This document shows positions 38,924-48,587 of a stretch of 64,000 nucleotides of DNA, piece after piece. The notes under the pieces are model-generated. The model worked only from the letters and a program-made list of their open reading frames with translations. It had not been told where the DNA came from and did not search any database. The position numbers were made by a program, and so were the translations under genes. This DNA is from an uncultured Pelagibacteraceae bacterium (GTDB lineage Bacteria; Pseudomonadota; Alphaproteobacteria; Pelagibacterales; Pelagibacteraceae): the NCBI GenBank assembly GCA_902592325.1, contig CACJEC010000002.1:10394-74393 (forward strand), given 5' to 3'. Position 1 is the first letter of the stretch; the number at the start of each line of letters is the position of its first letter.

Positions 38924-40027
38924 TTAAAGAACATAGGGTTCTGGTCTTGCTTTTTTACCCAAAACTCTTTCAACAGCCATATTTGAGATATCAATAGATT
39001 GATATGCGCCTGTGGTAATCAATTCTGTAAGAGCTCTTCCTATTCCTGGAGCTTGCATTAGTCCTCTACCTGTAAATCCAGTAGCTAAATAAACATTTTC
39101 AAACTTAGGATGTTTGCCAACAACTGCATTGTTATCAAGTCTATTACAATCATAATATCCAGCCCAACCACCAGTAAGTTTTAGTTCCTCCATAGCAGGT
39201 ATTCTTTGAGCTAAAGCAGGCCAAACTAATTCTTCAAAATCATCCCATGCTGGCTCTAAATCCTCTGCATCAAAAACAGATTTTGGTGATCCTGCTAAGT
39301 ATTCTTTTCCCTCAGGCCTCCAATATACCCCTGTTGTCAAATCACCAGTCAATGGCATTTCAGGAATGTGTTTTGGGCACTTAACCCTAAACACTGTGTG
39401 TTTTTGAGGTTCGACAGGAATATCTTCCAATAATTCTTTTGTCCAGCATCCAGCAGCAGAAATAATTGTTTTAGCTTTTATTTCAGAAAGTGATTTTACT
39501 TCACCTTTTATAAACTCAGCGCCAAGTTCAGTCGCTTTGCTTTTTAAGGCGCTGTGAAACATAAAAGGATCTATCCATCCTTCACTCTGATTGTCTGTAA
39601 ATGTTGCAGTTTCGATTCCTTCACTATTAATGTATGGAAAATATTTTGTTAACTCTGAGCCTTTAATATTTTTTGTTCCAGCTTCACAAGCTTTATGATT
39701 TTCTAAAGCCTTATACTGTTCTTCAGCATGTTCAGGACCAAACATAAGCAGGTAACCATTTGTTACCATACTGGCAGTTGGATTGGGATTTTTTTCAGTT
39801 TTGAGTAATTCGGGGATTTGAAAAATAAACTCTCTAGCAAATTTACCTAACAAAATATTTTCAGTTTGAAAAAACTGTCTTCTAAAACCTCCAAGTGAAA
39901 GTGGAAAAGATGCATTTTTATAAGTTGGATCTCTTTCAATTACTTTTACTTTTCTACCTTCTTTAGATAAAAAGTAAGCTGAAGCAGCTCCAATTATTCC
40001 ACCACCGACTATTACTACATCATCCAT
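38924..40027 (-). CDS. FAD-dependent oxidoreductase (DAO/sarcosine oxidase beta, FOXRED1-like)
   Basis: GGGIIG, S.GGFRRQF, EGWIDP, WPALAQRIP, WAGYYD, GFTGRGLMQAPG. Confidence 0.87.
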   Translation of the reverse strand: MDDVVIVGGGIIGAASAYFLSKEGRKVKVIERDPTYKNASFPLSLGGFRRQFFQTENILLGKFAREFIFQIPELLKTEKNPNPTASMVTNGYLLMFGPEHAEEQYKALENHKACEAGTKNIKGSELTKYFPYINSEGIETATFTDNQSEGWIDPFMFHSALKSKATELGAEFIKGEVKSLSEIKAKTIISAAGCWTKELLEDIPVEPQKHTVFRVKCPKHIPEMPLTGDLTTGVYWRPEGKEYLAGSPKSVFDAEDLEPAWDDFEELVWPALAQRIPAMEELKLTGGWAGYYDCNRLDNNAVVGKHPKFENVYLATGFTGRGLMQAPGIGRALTELITTGAYQSIDISNMAVERVLGKKARPEPYVL

Positions 40028-40495
40028 TTAATTCAATATAAGTAAGTTAAAATTCAGAAATAGTGCAAAGCAACACCAAAGTAAATAGGGAATCATGAGA
40101 TAATAACTTACAATATTGACACGTTTAAATCTCAACATGAGAATTATTATCATTAATATTAAACCAATTAAAACAAACAGAGCTAGTAATATTTGATGTA
40201 AGCCAAAAAAAACAATACTCCAAGTTGTATTAAATAAAATATGAATGAAATATAAGTATACTGTACTCAAATTTCTTTTTTTACTATGCCAAAAAAACCA
40301 AATAGCTAAAGTCATCATTAGATATAATGTTGTCCAAACAGGTGCAAATATCCAATCAGGGGGATTAAAATTTGATTTAACAAGTTGAGAATACCAAGGA
40401 TCTTTAAAACTGATAGTTACTAAACCCCCAATAAATGATGCTGAAAATGTTATTATAAAAAAAAGTATGAATGATAAAAATTTGTTTTTAAGCAT
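40028..40495 (-). CDS. tspO: TspO/MBR tryptophan-rich sensory protein
   Basis: WY..L.K..FNPPDWIFAPVWT.LY, WS..FFG, PYLLW..FA..LN. Confidence 0.93.
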   Translation of the reverse strand: MLKNKFLSFILFFIITFSASFIGGLVTISFKDPWYSQLVKSNFNPPDWIFAPVWTTLYLMMTLAIWFFWHSKKRNLSTVYLYFIHILFNTTWSIVFFGLHQILLALFVLIGLILMIIILMLRFKRVNIVSYYLMIPYLLWCCFALFLNFNLLILN

Positions 40496-40518
40496 TTAAG
40501 TATTATACATATTAATAA

Positions 40519-41280
40519 ATGAATAAAAAAACTATTTGGATAACTGGTGGAAGCACAGGCATTGGAAAAGCTTTAGCCATAAAATTTGCTAGCGAGGGTT
40601 GGAATGTTGCTATATCTGCAAGAAGAATTGAATTATTAAATGAGCTTTCTAGCAAATATGAAAATATTTCAAGTTTTCAATTAGATGTTACAGATAAATT
40701 AAAATGTAAAGAGGTATTCAGCAATATAAAAGATAAGTACGAAAATGTTGATATTTGTTTTTTTTCTACAGGTACTTGGGACCCTAAAAAAGAGAAAGAT
40801 ATAGATGTAGAACAAATGGAAGAGGTATTCAGAGTAAACTTCTTTGGAACTGTTAATAGCATCAAGGCTGTAGAAAAATACTTTAAGGATAAAAAAAGCG
40901 GTATTATCACTATTGTTTCTTCAATTGCGGGGTATAGAGGATTACCAAATTCAACTGGTTATGGGCCATCAAAATCTGCCTTAAATAATTTAGCTGAAAG
41001 TTTATATTTTGATTTTAAAAGATTTAATGTTCGCGTTTGTTTAGTATCTCCGGGATTTATCAAAACACCAATGACTGATAAGAATGATTTTAAAATGCCT
41101 TTTTTAAAAACTGCAGAATATGCTGCTGAAAAAATTTATGATAGTTTAATTAGCAAAAATGTTTTTGAAATTCATTTTCCTAAATCACTTACATTGATAC
41201 TTAAAATATTAAGCTTATTGCCAAGTAAAATTTATTTTAGCTTGGTTGGTAAAATGACAAAATATCAAAAAAAAAATTAA
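40519..41280 (+). CDS. Short-chain dehydrogenase/reductase
   Basis: ITGGSTGIG, YGPSK, PGFIKTPMT..NDF.MPF. Confidence 0.9.
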   Translation: MNKKTIWITGGSTGIGKALAIKFASEGWNVAISARRIELLNELSSKYENISSFQLDVTDKLKCKEVFSNIKDKYENVDICFFSTGTWDPKKEKDIDVEQMEEVFRVNFFGTVNSIKAVEKYFKDKKSGIITIVSSIAGYRGLPNSTGYGPSKSALNNLAESLYFDFKRFNVRVCLVSPGFIKTPMTDKNDFKMPFLKTAEYAAEKIYDSLISKNVFEIHFPKSLTLILKILSLLPSKIYFSLVGKMTKYQKKN

Positions 41281-41286
41281 TATTTT

Positions 41287-41469
41287 TTAAGCTTTTTGCT
41301 GAGAGCAAACATCTTTAATAACAGGTATATTTGCACAATCTCCACATTTTGTTTGTTGAACAATACATCCGTTATCAAGAACTTTTACATCTACTACTCT
41401 ATCACATTTTGAGCAAATAGATGAAACTGTAAGCCCGCATTTTTTACAACTATAGTTTTGTGTTTCCAT
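41287..41469 (-). CDS. 60-aa Cys-rich putative metal-binding protein
   Basis: 8 Cys with three CxxC pairs (C8/C11, C19/C22, C42/C45); fills an otherwise empty gap. Confidence 0.75.
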   Translation of the reverse strand: METQNYSCKKCGLTVSSICSKCDRVVDVKVLDNGCIVQQTKCGDCANIPVIKDVCSQQKA

Positions 41470-41517
41470 AAAAATAAATTATTAATAATAAATCTAATTT
41501 CAACAAATATATAAGTG

Positions 41518-41564
41518 AATGATAATCATTCTCAAATTTTGTTTTGAGAATGATTATCATTATC
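41518..41564. promoter_or_regulatory. Inverted pair of Fur-type boxes
   Basis: Perfect 19-bp inverted repeat AATGATAATCATTCTCAAA / TTTGAGAATGATTATCATT (41518-41536, 41543-41561). Minus strand 41564-41546 reads GATAATGATAATCATTCTC, 18/19 to the classical Fur consensus. Confidence 0.8.
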
Positions 41565-41590
41565 TCAAAAAAACAAGTAAATAAAAAAAA

Positions 41591-42139
41591 CTAATCTTTA
41601 ACAAACACAACAGTTAATTCAGCTACTTTAAATCCAAATTTAGTCATTGTAGCTCTATTAATTGCAACTCTATCGTCTTGTTTAAAGATCCAGTCATCAA
41701 AAGTGACCTTTAATTCTCTACCTTTTACTGGAACAAGTAAAACATATTCAAATTTAAACGCTGGACCATAAGAGTAGCCAATTGCTTTACCTACTACGTC
41801 ACCTGCGGTTCCTTCATAATTGTTCTCATCTATTTTTGTAATTGTCCATTCTCTATCTTGAATTTCACCATCATCCCAATTAAATTTTTCTTTAAGAATT
41901 AATTGTTTACCATCCCAAGTTCCATCTAGATCAGCAGAAAATTGTCTTGTAACTTTACCAGATCTATTTTGTAAAACTCCCCAAGCTTTTACATTTCCAG
42001 TTAAATATTCTTCAATAACTAGTCTTGGTTCTTTATTTTTAAAATCTTCTGGTTTCATGGCACTATTATTTGAACAACTTGTAAATAAGAATAATAAAAT
42101 TATCAATGAAATTGACTTGATAGTTTTAAAATAACGCAT
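41591..42139 (-). CDS. DUF3833-family lipoprotein
   Basis: Lipobox-like FTSC; AWG..Q.RSG...RQF, FDDW, INRA...KFG. Confidence 0.85.
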   Translation of the reverse strand: MRYFKTIKSISLIILLFLFTSCSNNSAMKPEDFKNKEPRLVIEEYLTGNVKAWGVLQNRSGKVTRQFSADLDGTWDGKQLILKEKFNWDDGEIQDREWTITKIDENNYEGTAGDVVGKAIGYSYGPAFKFEYVLLVPVKGRELKVTFDDWIFKQDDRVAINRATMTKFGFKVAELTVVFVKD

Positions 42140-42156
42140 TTATATCTCCATAATTG

Positions 42157-43335
42157 TTATTTGTTTTGCATTGAAAATTGTATTAAATCTATATTCTTAG
42201 ATTTAAAACCAGCTTCACAATAAGAAAGATAAAATTCCCACATTCTTTTAAATGTTAAGTCAAATCCTTGACTTTTTATCGATTCCCATTTTTTTAAAAA
42301 CTCATTTCTCCATATAGCTAGAGTATTTGCGTAGTGATCTGCATAAGAAATATAAGAATTTATAGTTAATCCGTTATCAGAAACAAATCGATTAATACTA
42401 TTTTTGTTTGGTAAAAAACCTCCTGGAAAAATATATTTTTGAATAAAATCTTGTTTATTTTTATATCTATTAAATAATCTATCATCTATTGTAATTGCCT
42501 GAATAGCAGCTTTTCCGCCATCAGATAAGTTATTTTTTATAGTTTTGAAATAACCTTCTAAATAATTTTGACCAACGGCTTCTATCATCTCTATTGAAGC
42601 TACTGAATTATATTTTCCTTTAAGATCTCTATAATCTTTAATCTCAATATTCACTTTTTCATTTAAACCACACTTAAAAATTCTTTCTTTTGCATATTCA
42701 AATTGTTTTTTTGAAATTGTAATACAATCAAGTTTAACATCATATTTTTTACCTAAATATTCAGCAAAACCACCCCAACCACATCCTATTTCTAAAACTT
42801 TGTCTCCATTGTTTGGTTTAATAAGATTTATTAATTTTTGATATTTATTATTTTGAGCTTCATAAAGATTTTTTGATTTATCATCAAATATAGCGCTGGA
42901 GTAAGTTAGTGAATCATCTAACCAAAGAGAAAAGAAATCGTTACCTAAATCGTAATGTTTAGCAATATTTTCTTTGCTTCGATTTTTTGTATTTCTGATT
43001 ACTTTATTTTTAACAAAATTAATTATTGGAAAGTCAAGAAGTCCTGAGAATTTGTATATCACTTGAATATTTCTAGCAGTTAATTCGATTAGATTTGATA
43101 AATTATCAGTTTCAAATTCACCTCTCATGTAACTTTCAGCAAATCCAATACTGCCACCTCTAATAAGATTGTAACAAAAATTTGGTTTCTTAATTACAAT
43201 GTTTGCTCTCAATTTTTCAACTGAATTTCCAAATTTTAAAATTTTTCCGTCAACAGTTGTTAATTCAAGATATCCATAATTAATATTATTAAGAAATTTA
43301 AAAACTATTTTATCTGCCGTTTTATTTAAAAACAT
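42157..43335 (-). CDS. cfa: Cyclopropane-fatty-acyl-phospholipid synthase family methyltransferase (UfaM-like)
   Basis: HYDLGNDFF..WLD..TYS, LEIGCGWGG, SIEMIEAVG, YIFPGG, RMWEFYL.YCEAGF. Confidence 0.92.
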   Translation of the reverse strand: MFLNKTADKIVFKFLNNINYGYLELTTVDGKILKFGNSVEKLRANIVIKKPNFCYNLIRGGSIGFAESYMRGEFETDNLSNLIELTARNIQVIYKFSGLLDFPIINFVKNKVIRNTKNRSKENIAKHYDLGNDFFSLWLDDSLTYSSAIFDDKSKNLYEAQNNKYQKLINLIKPNNGDKVLEIGCGWGGFAEYLGKKYDVKLDCITISKKQFEYAKERIFKCGLNEKVNIEIKDYRDLKGKYNSVASIEMIEAVGQNYLEGYFKTIKNNLSDGGKAAIQAITIDDRLFNRYKNKQDFIQKYIFPGGFLPNKNSINRFVSDNGLTINSYISYADHYANTLAIWRNEFLKKWESIKSQGFDLTFKRMWEFYLSYCEAGFKSKNIDLIQFSMQNK

Positions 43336-44099
43336 TAATTTTCTACTGTTATATTATTTTTAATTTTTAACTTTTTTTTCACAAATTTAATTCCTTTAAT
43401 CCACAATTTAAACGCTTCAAAATGTATCGCGGAAATTATTTTAAATGTCATTAAAGGGTGTTTTAGGTAAGAATTCATTAAATTTTCACTTGTCAAATCA
43501 GATCTTTTACCATCTTGAGATGCGAAAAGAATTTTTCCTTCTTGATCATACTGATCTATTTTAACTGACAAATTCTCTCCTGGGTTTAATATTCTAAAAA
43601 AATAATTACAATTCATTTCAATAAATGGTGAAACATGAAATTTTTTTGAACAATTATTTTGAATTAACTTATTTTCACTTTCTACTTTAAATACATAAGT
43701 ATGTTGTTCACCAAACGTATTTTTAACTTCATACAAAATAGAGATTAAAGTTTCATCTTTATCATATATAAAAAAGATACTCAGGGGATTAAAAACATAA
43801 CCTAATATTCTTGGATAACATAAAAGTTTAATTTTAATATTTTCAGTGCTTATGTTGTTATTGCTTAAATTCAATTTTACCCAATTTAGAAGAGATGAGC
43901 CGTCACGTTCACCGTGGTCTTTTTCATAAAAACTTATTAAGTTAAACTTATTTAAAGAAAAAAACTTTAAATTGTCATCAAGCTCATTGAGTTCTGAGAG
44001 ATCAATAAATAGTGAGAATACCTTATACTTAAAAAAATGCTCTTTTGGCTTAAATCTTTTATGGATTACCTTTCCATTATAAATACAAGAACTAGTCAT
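43335..44099 (-). CDS. DUF1365 protein (UfaO-like)
   Basis: H.RF.P, PRILGYVFNPLS, EVKNTFGE.H.Y, K.FHVSPF. Confidence 0.9.
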   Translation of the reverse strand: MTSSCIYNGKVIHKRFKPKEHFFKYKVFSLFIDLSELNELDDNLKFFSLNKFNLISFYEKDHGERDGSSLLNWVKLNLSNNNISTENIKIKLLCYPRILGYVFNPLSIFFIYDKDETLISILYEVKNTFGEQHTYVFKVESENKLIQNNCSKKFHVSPFIEMNCNYFFRILNPGENLSVKIDQYDQEGKILFASQDGKRSDLTSENLMNSYLKHPLMTFKIISAIHFEAFKLWIKGIKFVKKKLKIKNNITVEN

Positions 44100-45330
44100 T
44101 GAGGTTTTTTAGCATTTCAATTGATGATTTTATTCCATCTTCATGAAATCCGTAACCAAAATAACTTCCGCAAAAAAGTAAATCTTTTTGATTTTGTATT
44201 TTAACAAGCTCAGATTGAGCGTTTAATGCATTTTGATCATAATAAGGATGTGTAAATTTAACCTTTCTTAATATTTTTTCCTCATCAATTTTAAAATAAG
44301 GGTTTAGTGTTAAGAAAATATTTTTATTACACGTCAAGTTTTGTAATAAATTTAACCAATATGTAATTGAGTTTTTGTCTAAATTTTTATCATCTATTGA
44401 AGAGTTCCAAGAAGACCAAGCTTTTTTATTTTTTGGCATAGCTCGTTGATCCGTATGAATGTAGGCTATATTTTCTTTATAATTAAAATTAGAAAGAATA
44501 TTTCTTTCATCGTTAGTAGGATTTTCAATTAATTTTAAAGCTTCATCTGCATGAGTAGCCAATATTACTTTATCATAATCAAAAAACTCACTTTCTCCCC
44601 CATAGTACAAATCTAAACCTGATGATTTTCTTTTAATTTTTGTAACTTTATAATTTTTATAGTGTTCTCCACTTATTTGAGAAATTATTTTACTAACATA
44701 AGTTCTACTTCTATTGGACACGGTGTACCACTGAGGTCTATTTTTTAATTTAAACAAACCATGATTTTGAAAAAATTTTAGAAAAAAACTAATTGGCATT
44801 TTACTTGCCTCAAAAGGAGGCATAGACCAAATAGCAGATACCATTGGTATAATATGATAATTAATAAATGTTTTGGATAGTTTATTTTTTTCTAAATATT
44901 CTCCTAAAGTAATTTTTTTATCAGAAATAGCTTCTTGATCACTTTTTTTATAAAACTTAATAATGTCAAAAAACATTTTTAAGAAGTCAATATTGAATAA
45001 ATTTGATTTATTAGAAAAAATCCCATTCAAGCCTTTTCCACAATACTCAAAATTTGTATTATCTACTGAAACTGAAAATGACATATTGCTTTTTTCAATT
45101 TGAATACCATTTTCCTCAAAAAAATTTATTAAGTTTGGATAAGTTTTAAAATTAAAAACAATAAACCCAATATCTACTGAAATTTTTTTTTCATCAAAAA
45201 ATAAATCAATTGTATGAGAATGTCCTCCAAAGTGGTCCTCTTTTTCAAAAAGATCTACAGTGTGATTTTTTGATAAATAATATGCTGCACTTAATCCTGA
45301 AATACCTGACCCAACAACAGCAATTTTCAT
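44092..45330 (-). CDS. FAD-dependent oxidoreductase (UfaD-like)
   Basis: GSGISGL, GGHSHT, DIGFIVFN..TYPN, SWN, TYW.N.LQ, HP, G.YFGYGFHEDG. Confidence 0.9.
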   Translation of the reverse strand: MKIAVVGSGISGLSAAYYLSKNHTVDLFEKEDHFGGHSHTIDLFFDEKKISVDIGFIVFNFKTYPNLINFFEENGIQIEKSNMSFSVSVDNTNFEYCGKGLNGIFSNKSNLFNIDFLKMFFDIIKFYKKSDQEAISDKKITLGEYLEKNKLSKTFINYHIIPMVSAIWSMPPFEASKMPISFFLKFFQNHGLFKLKNRPQWYTVSNRSRTYVSKIISQISGEHYKNYKVTKIKRKSSGLDLYYGGESEFFDYDKVILATHADEALKLIENPTNDERNILSNFNYKENIAYIHTDQRAMPKNKKAWSSWNSSIDDKNLDKNSITYWLNLLQNLTCNKNIFLTLNPYFKIDEEKILRKVKFTHPYYDQNALNAQSELVKIQNQKDLLFCGSYFGYGFHEDGIKSSIEMLKNLND

Positions 45331-45336
45331 TAATAA

Positions 45337-48207
45337 TTATGCTGCATCTTCTTTAAACTCATCCATACTCGGACAAGTACAAAAAATATTTTTATCTCCA
45401 TACACATTGTCTACTCTTGCAACTGGAGGCCAAAATTTATTTGATTTTAAAAATTTTGCTGGATAAGCGGCTTGTTCTCTAGAGTATTTATGTTCCCATT
45501 TATCTGAAGCTAATTCCATATCAGTATGTGGTGCATTTTTGATTGGATTATCAACTTTATCAAACTTACCTGACTTAATCATATCTATTTCTGCTTTAAT
45601 GCTAATCAAAGTATCACAAAATCTATCCAGTTCAGATAAACTCTCACTTTCAGTTGGTTCAATCATCATTGTACCTGTTACTGGCCATGACATAGTTGGA
45701 GCATGAAAACCATAATCAATTAATCTTTTAGCTATGTCTTCTTCAGTAATTCCTGTGTCACTTTTTATTAATCGAATATCAATTATACATTCATGAGCTA
45801 CATTGCCGTTTGAACCTTTATAAAGAATTGGATAGTGATCTTTAAGCCTATTTGCAATGTAATTTGCATTTAATATTGCTATTTGCGTAGCAAGTTTTAA
45901 ACCATGAGAACCCATCATTTTAATATACATCCAAGAAATTGATAAAATACTTGAGCTACCCCAAGGTGCTGCCGAAACTGCACCTATTCCTGTAGCAGGT
46001 CCGCAGTCTTTGACTACTGAATGATTAGGCAGATAAACTTGTAAATGTCTTTTACATGCAATTGGTCCCATTCCTGGTCCTCCTCCACCATGTGGAATAC
46101 AGAATGTTTTGTGTAAATTTATGTGACAAACATCTGGACCAAAATTTCCAGGTCTTGCTATACCAACAAGTGCATTTAAATTTGCACCATCCATATAAAC
46201 TTGACCTCCGTGCTTATGAATTAATTCACATATATCTGTTATTTTTTCCTCAAATACACCATGTGTAGATGGATATGTTACCATCAAGGCCCCAAGATTT
46301 TCAGAATGTATTTCTGCTTTTTTCTTTAAGTCCTCAAAGTCAACATTTCCCTCTTTGTCACAATTAACAACTACTACTTTCATTCCAACCATTTGTGCGC
46401 TTGCAGGATTTGTTCCATGTGCTGAACTTGGTATTAAACATATATTTCTATTTTTATTCCCTCTGTCTAGATGATATTTTCTTATTACCATTAAACCTGC
46501 ATATTCACCTTGAGCACCTGCATTAGGCTGAAGTGAAACTCCAGAAAAACCAGTAATTGATCTTAGCCAATTTTTAAGATCAGTAAATAATGCTCTATAT
46601 CCTTCCATCTGCTCAATAGGCACAAACGGATGAGGTTCAGCTAATTCTCTCCAAGAAATAGGTATCATTTCTGCGGTAGCATTTAGTTTCATGGTGCACG
46701 AACCAAGAGCAATCATAGTTCTGTTTAATGCAATATCTTTATCTTCTAATTTCTTAAGATATCTAAGCATTTCTGTTTCTGAATGATATAAATTAAAAAC
46801 TGGATGTTCTAAATACTTTGAAGTCCTTAATAAATTTTTTGGTAGATTAGGTAAACTTACTGTAGGATCCTCTTTTTTAATTGATTCTGCTGCATTAAAA
46901 ATTTTCAATAATTGATTTACCCTATAAACATTTTTCTTTTCGTCAAAAGAAACAGCAAGCATTTCTGAATTTACTTTTCTAATATTCACTTTTTGATCCA
47001 AAGCATTTTTATAAATTTGATTAGTTTTGTCTTTAGTAACAATTGTAACGGTATCAAAAAAATGATCTGAATAAATTTCGTATCCTGATTGTTTTAATTT
47101 ATCGGCAAAGTTTTTAGCCAATTGAGAAACTCTCTCAGCAATAGTTCGTATACCCTCTGGACCGTGATAAATAGCATATGCTGCTGAAACAATTGCTAAT
47201 AAAGCTTGGGCAGTACAAATATTACTTGTGGCTTTATCTCTTCTTATGTGTTGTTCTCTAGTTTGTAATGATAGTCTATATGCTTTGTTTCCATGTCTAT
47301 CAACAGAGACACCTACAATTCTTCCTGGCATAGATCTTTTAAATTCGTCTTTAGTTGCAAAAAAAGCTGCATGTGGTCCACCATAACCCATTGGAATTCC
47401 AAATCTTTGAGAGCTTCCTACAGCTATATCTGCTCCTAGTTCCCTTGGTGTTTTTAACTTAGCAAGAGATAATAAATCACAAGCTAATATCGCTTTACCA
47501 TTTCTTTTATGTATTTTACTTATTGGCTCACTAGGATCTTTTATATCTCCTAAAGTTCCTGGATATTGTAATATACCACAAACTAAATCTTCTTTTAATT
47601 GATCCAACACTTTATCTTCATTACCAACAAGCACTTTTAATCCCATTGGTTCTGCTCTTGTTTGAATTACATCAATTGTTTGTGGATGACAATTTTCCGA
47701 AACAAAAACTAAATTACTATCCTTTTTATTTAATCTATGACTTAATCCCATAGCCTCTGCAGCTGCAGTTCCTTCATCTAATAAAGATGCATTTGCAATA
47801 TCCATTCCTGTAAAATCAACTATCATTTGTTGAAAATTAAGTAGCATTTCCAGTCTTCCTTGAGCTACTTCAGGTTGATAAGGTGTATAGGAAGTGTACC
47901 AGCCTGGATTCTCTAAAATATTTCTTAATATTACATATGGAGTAAAAGTTCCATAGTAACCCATCCCAATAAAATTTGAATAAATTTCATTTTTTTTTGA
48001 TATTACCTTTAGTTTTCTTAGGGCTTCATATTCTGAATTAGACTCACCAATATTAAGTTCATCTTTCAATTGTATTTTTTCTGGAACTGTATTTTTAATT
48101 AAATCTTCTAAAGATTTATAATTAAGTTCCTTTAGCATTTTATTTTGATCTTCGTCTGAAGGTCCAATATGTCTTTTTAAAAAATCTTTTTGGGAATTAT
48201 GTAACAT
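45337..48207 (-). CDS. gcvP: Glycine dehydrogenase (decarboxylating), P protein
   Basis: RHIGP, YTPYQPEVAQGRLE, REQHIRRDKATSNICT, NLHKTFCIPHGGGGPG. Confidence 0.98.
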   Translation of the reverse strand: MLHNSQKDFLKRHIGPSDEDQNKMLKELNYKSLEDLIKNTVPEKIQLKDELNIGESNSEYEALRKLKVISKKNEIYSNFIGMGYYGTFTPYVILRNILENPGWYTSYTPYQPEVAQGRLEMLLNFQQMIVDFTGMDIANASLLDEGTAAAEAMGLSHRLNKKDSNLVFVSENCHPQTIDVIQTRAEPMGLKVLVGNEDKVLDQLKEDLVCGILQYPGTLGDIKDPSEPISKIHKRNGKAILACDLLSLAKLKTPRELGADIAVGSSQRFGIPMGYGGPHAAFFATKDEFKRSMPGRIVGVSVDRHGNKAYRLSLQTREQHIRRDKATSNICTAQALLAIVSAAYAIYHGPEGIRTIAERVSQLAKNFADKLKQSGYEIYSDHFFDTVTIVTKDKTNQIYKNALDQKVNIRKVNSEMLAVSFDEKKNVYRVNQLLKIFNAAESIKKEDPTVSLPNLPKNLLRTSKYLEHPVFNLYHSETEMLRYLKKLEDKDIALNRTMIALGSCTMKLNATAEMIPISWRELAEPHPFVPIEQMEGYRALFTDLKNWLRSITGFSGVSLQPNAGAQGEYAGLMVIRKYHLDRGNKNRNICLIPSSAHGTNPASAQMVGMKVVVVNCDKEGNVDFEDLKKKAEIHSENLGALMVTYPSTHGVFEEKITDICELIHKHGGQVYMDGANLNALVGIARPGNFGPDVCHINLHKTFCIPHGGGGPGMGPIACKRHLQVYLPNHSVVKDCGPATGIGAVSAAPWGSSSILSISWMYIKMMGSHGLKLATQIAILNANYIANRLKDHYPILYKGSNGNVAHECIIDIRLIKSDTGITEEDIAKRLIDYGFHAPTMSWPVTGTMMIEPTESESLSELDRFCDTLISIKAEIDMIKSGKFDKVDNPIKNAPHTDMELASDKWEHKYSREQAAYPAKFLKSNKFWPPVARVDNVYGDKNIFCTCPSMDEFKEDAA

Positions 48208-48587
48208 TAACTAGCACTCTCCTTTGCAAATTTATCGTATTCCTCTCTGTTCATTAGACTATTCATTTCAGACTGATCTTTCATTTTAAGTTTGAAAAAC
48301 CATGCTGAACCTTCTGGATCTTCATTAATTTTAGAAGGATCATCTACAATTGCTTGATTAGTATCTACTACCTCTCCACTTACTGGAGTATAAACATCAC
48401 TAGCTGCTTTTGTAGATTCTACTACCCCTGCAGTCCCATCTTTTTCTACATTAGATCCTTTTTCGGGAAGTTCTGCAAAAACTATATCACCAAGCATTTC
48501 TGTTGCATGTTTTGTAATTCCTATTGTAGCTACATCTCCCTCTAAGGTAATCCACTCATGTTCTTTAGAATATTTTACTTCACTCAT
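48207..48587 (-). CDS. gcvH: Glycine cleavage H protein
   Basis: [21 protein letters not shown] lipoyl-Lys. Confidence 0.97.
   Translation of the reverse strand: MSEVKYSKEHEWITLEGDVATIGITKHATEMLGDIVFAELPEKGSNVEKDGTAGVVESTKAASDVYTPVSGEVVDTNQAIVDDPSKINEDPEGSAWFFKLKMKDQSEMNSLMNREEYDKFAKESAS

Noticed and set aside
41518-41561. Inverted repeat as IS/MITE ends or a CRISPR repeat
   Set aside because: Only a 6-bp spacer, single occurrence, no transposase or cas gene, no target duplication; the Fur-box match explains it better.
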